Shown here piece by piece: positions 61,690 to 64,000 of a stretch of 64,000 nt of DNA; within the stretch, counting starts at the first letter, position 1; each line of letters starts with the position of its first letter. Below the pieces are notes generated by a model. The model was given only the letters and a program-made list of their open reading frames with translations, did no database searches and was not told where the DNA came from. Location: the NCBI GenBank assembly GCA_950097015.1, contig CATNEN010000001.1, positions 23,622,001-23,686,000 on the forward strand, in the 5' to 3' direction. The position numbers were made by a program, and so were the translations under genes. The stretch comes from Macrostomum hystrix. Taxonomy: Eukaryota > Animalia > Platyhelminthes.

Positions 61690-63150
61690 CTCTAACTCCC
61701 TCTCCCCCTCTCTTTCTTCCTCTATCTCTATTTCTCCCTCTGTCTCCCTCTCTTTCTCTCTCCCTCACCCCTCTCTCTATCTCCCTCCCCGTCTCTCTAT
61801 CTACCTCCCCGTCTCTCTATCTACCTTTGCCTCTCTCTATCTCCCTCCCCCTCTCTATCTACCTCTCCCTCTATCTATCTACCTCCCCCTTCTCTATCTA
61901 CCTCTCCATCTCTCTATCTACCTCTCCATCTCTCTATCTACCTCTCCCTCTCTCTATCTACCTCTCCCTCTCTCTATCTCCCTCCCCTTCTCTCTATCTC
62001 CCTCCCCCTCTCTCTATCTACCTCTCCCTCTCTCTATCTACCTCTCCCTCTCTCCATCTACCTCTCCCTCTCTCTATCTACCTCTCCCTCTCTCTATCTA
62101 CCTCTCCCTCTCTCTATCTACCTCTCCCTCTCTCTATCTACCTCTCCCTCTCTCTATCTACCTCTCCCTCTCTCTATCTACCTCTCCCTCTCTCTATCTA
62201 CCTCCCCCATCTCTATCTCCCTCCCCCTCTCTATCTACCTCTCCCTCTCTCTATCTACCTCCCCCTTCTCTATCTACCTCTCCATCTCTCTATCTACCTC
62301 TCCATCTCTCTATCTACCTCTCCCTCTCTCTATCTACCTCTCCCTCTCTCTATCTCCCTCCCCGTCTCTCTATCTACCTCCCCCTCTCTCTATCTACCTC
62401 TCCCTCTCTCTATCTACCTCTCCCTCTCTCTATCTACCTCTCCCTCTCTCTATCTACCTCTCCCTCTCTCTATCTACCTCTCCCTCTCTCTATCTACCTC
62501 CCCCCTCTCTATCTCCCTCCCCCTCTCTCTATCTCCCTCCCCGTCTCTCTATCTACCTCCCCCTCTCTATCTCCCTCCCCGTCTCTCTATCTACCTCCCC
62601 CTCTCTCAATCTACCTCTCCCTCTCTCTATCTACCTCTCCCTCTCTCTATCTACCTCTCCCTCTCTCTATCTACCTCTCCCTCTCTCTATCTACCTCTCC
62701 CTCTCTCTATCTTCCTCCCCCCTCTCTATCTCCCTCCCCCTCTCTCTATCTACCTCCCCCTCTCTCTATCTACCTCTCCCTCTCTCTATCTACCTCTCCC
62801 TCTCTCTATCTACCTCTCCCTCTCTCTATCTACCTCTCCCTCTCTCTATCTACCTCTCCCTCTCTCTATCTTCCTCCCCCCTCTCTATCTCCCCCCCTCT
62901 CTCTATCTACCTCCCCCTCTCTCTATCTACCTCCCCCTCTCTCTATCTCCCTCCCCGTCCCTCTATCTACCTCCCCCCTCTCTATCTCCCTCCCCGTCTC
63001 TCTATCTACCTCCCCCTCTCTCAATCTACCTCTCTCTCTCTATCTACCTCCCCCCTCTCTATCTCCCTCCCCCTCTCTCAATCTACCTCTCCCTCTCTCT
63101 ATTTCCCTTTGCCTCTCTCTGTCTCCCTCCCTCTCCCTCCCATCTCTCTT
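61690..63150. repeat. Intronic pyrimidine-rich repeat of about 20 bp (ctctctatctacctctccct)
   Basis: Follows the donor at 61627. Confidence 0.95.
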
Positions 63151-63924
63151 CCTTCTTCTTCCACTCTCTACCGTGCTTCGGATACTCTGCTTTACCTTCC
63201 AGCCATTTCGCTTTCTCTCCTTATATGTCGCTCGATCAAGCTGCACCTTTTAAACACGTTGCCGCGTGCACTATAAGACAGCGGGGTCTCAGAATCTCCG
63301 AATAAGTTTGTCATCGACCAGAGCAGCTGCACAGGATCAGGAAACCGTTGACAAACTTTCCACTCTTTCCTTTTGAATCGATTTTTTTAAGAAAGAAATA
63401 TATCAAGCATAGGTCTTTGCGTCCTTGAGAGTTGTCTTGCCGACCCCACGGGACTTTTTAGTTTTCTTTAACTTTCAGTTTTTCTTTAATAACAATCCCA
63501 AAATCTAATCTGCAATTTTTTTTGGCCCCATCTGCTGTGGGCTCGCGCAGATAATCTGCTTTCAATTTCGCATTTCTGCCAGTGTGTTTGAATAGAAAAT
63601 TGAGATCAAATACTGACTGCCATAATCCGGGACTCGCTTGCACTTTTCTTTAGCCAGGAAAATGGGGCGGAGAACAAGAGTGTCACGATCTCAGCAAACC
63701 CAACCGAATCATTATCTTCTTGTCTCTTTTCTTCTGGACCAATTCTTTGAGCTCATTTTCTTCTTTGGCATGTCTGGCTGCGCGCGCAAGTTTAAGTTGA
63801 GTCGGCTTGAGTATTACTGAATGCAAATTTACAAGGAATAAAATCAGATAAAAGTTTACATTATGAGAGTCGAAAGAATCCACTGAGTCCGACCTCAAGA
63901 TCTCACCCCTGATAATCCCAATCT

Positions 63925-64000
63925 TTGAGGTGAGATTTGCAGGGGTGAGATTTTGAAGTGATATATACAGGGGTGAGATTTTGAAGTGATATATACAGGG
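63925..64000. repeat. Start of a 28-bp repeat (aggggtgagattttgaagtgatatatac)
   Basis: Two full copies before the window ends. Confidence 0.7.

Overview
Eukaryotic (animal) genomic DNA. GC-rich exons with poly-Q/P/G, GT-AG introns and dense 12-60 bp minisatellites suggest a flatworm such as Macrostomum (inference). About 25 distinct tandem arrays make up roughly a third of the window and produce most of the long ORFs in the track, which are artefacts. Genes reconstructed by hand: a two-exon membrane-anchored FkbM-family methyltransferase, an intronless universal stress protein, a 108-aa possible CARD-like ORF, a two-exon orphan, an intronless GT7 beta-1,4-glycosyltransferase, an 8-exon USP38/USP35-like deubiquitinase, a 3-kb exon encoding an ALMS-motif protein, and the first 7 exons of an anion-selective Cys-loop channel that runs off the right edge. 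The block 23261-33028 resolves into a three-level nest of DNA transposons with readable TSDs: an outer P-like element holds a THAP/P element and an EnSpm/CMC element with a spliced BEN-like gene, and the latter holds three Mutator-like MITEs. Also present: nested Tc1/IS630 remnants, tRNA-derived SINEs, and palindromes centred on CGAG-stem-GNA-stem-CGAG. The most speculative lead is a link between P-element termini and the birth of intronic minisatellites. All calls are by eye, with no database searches.
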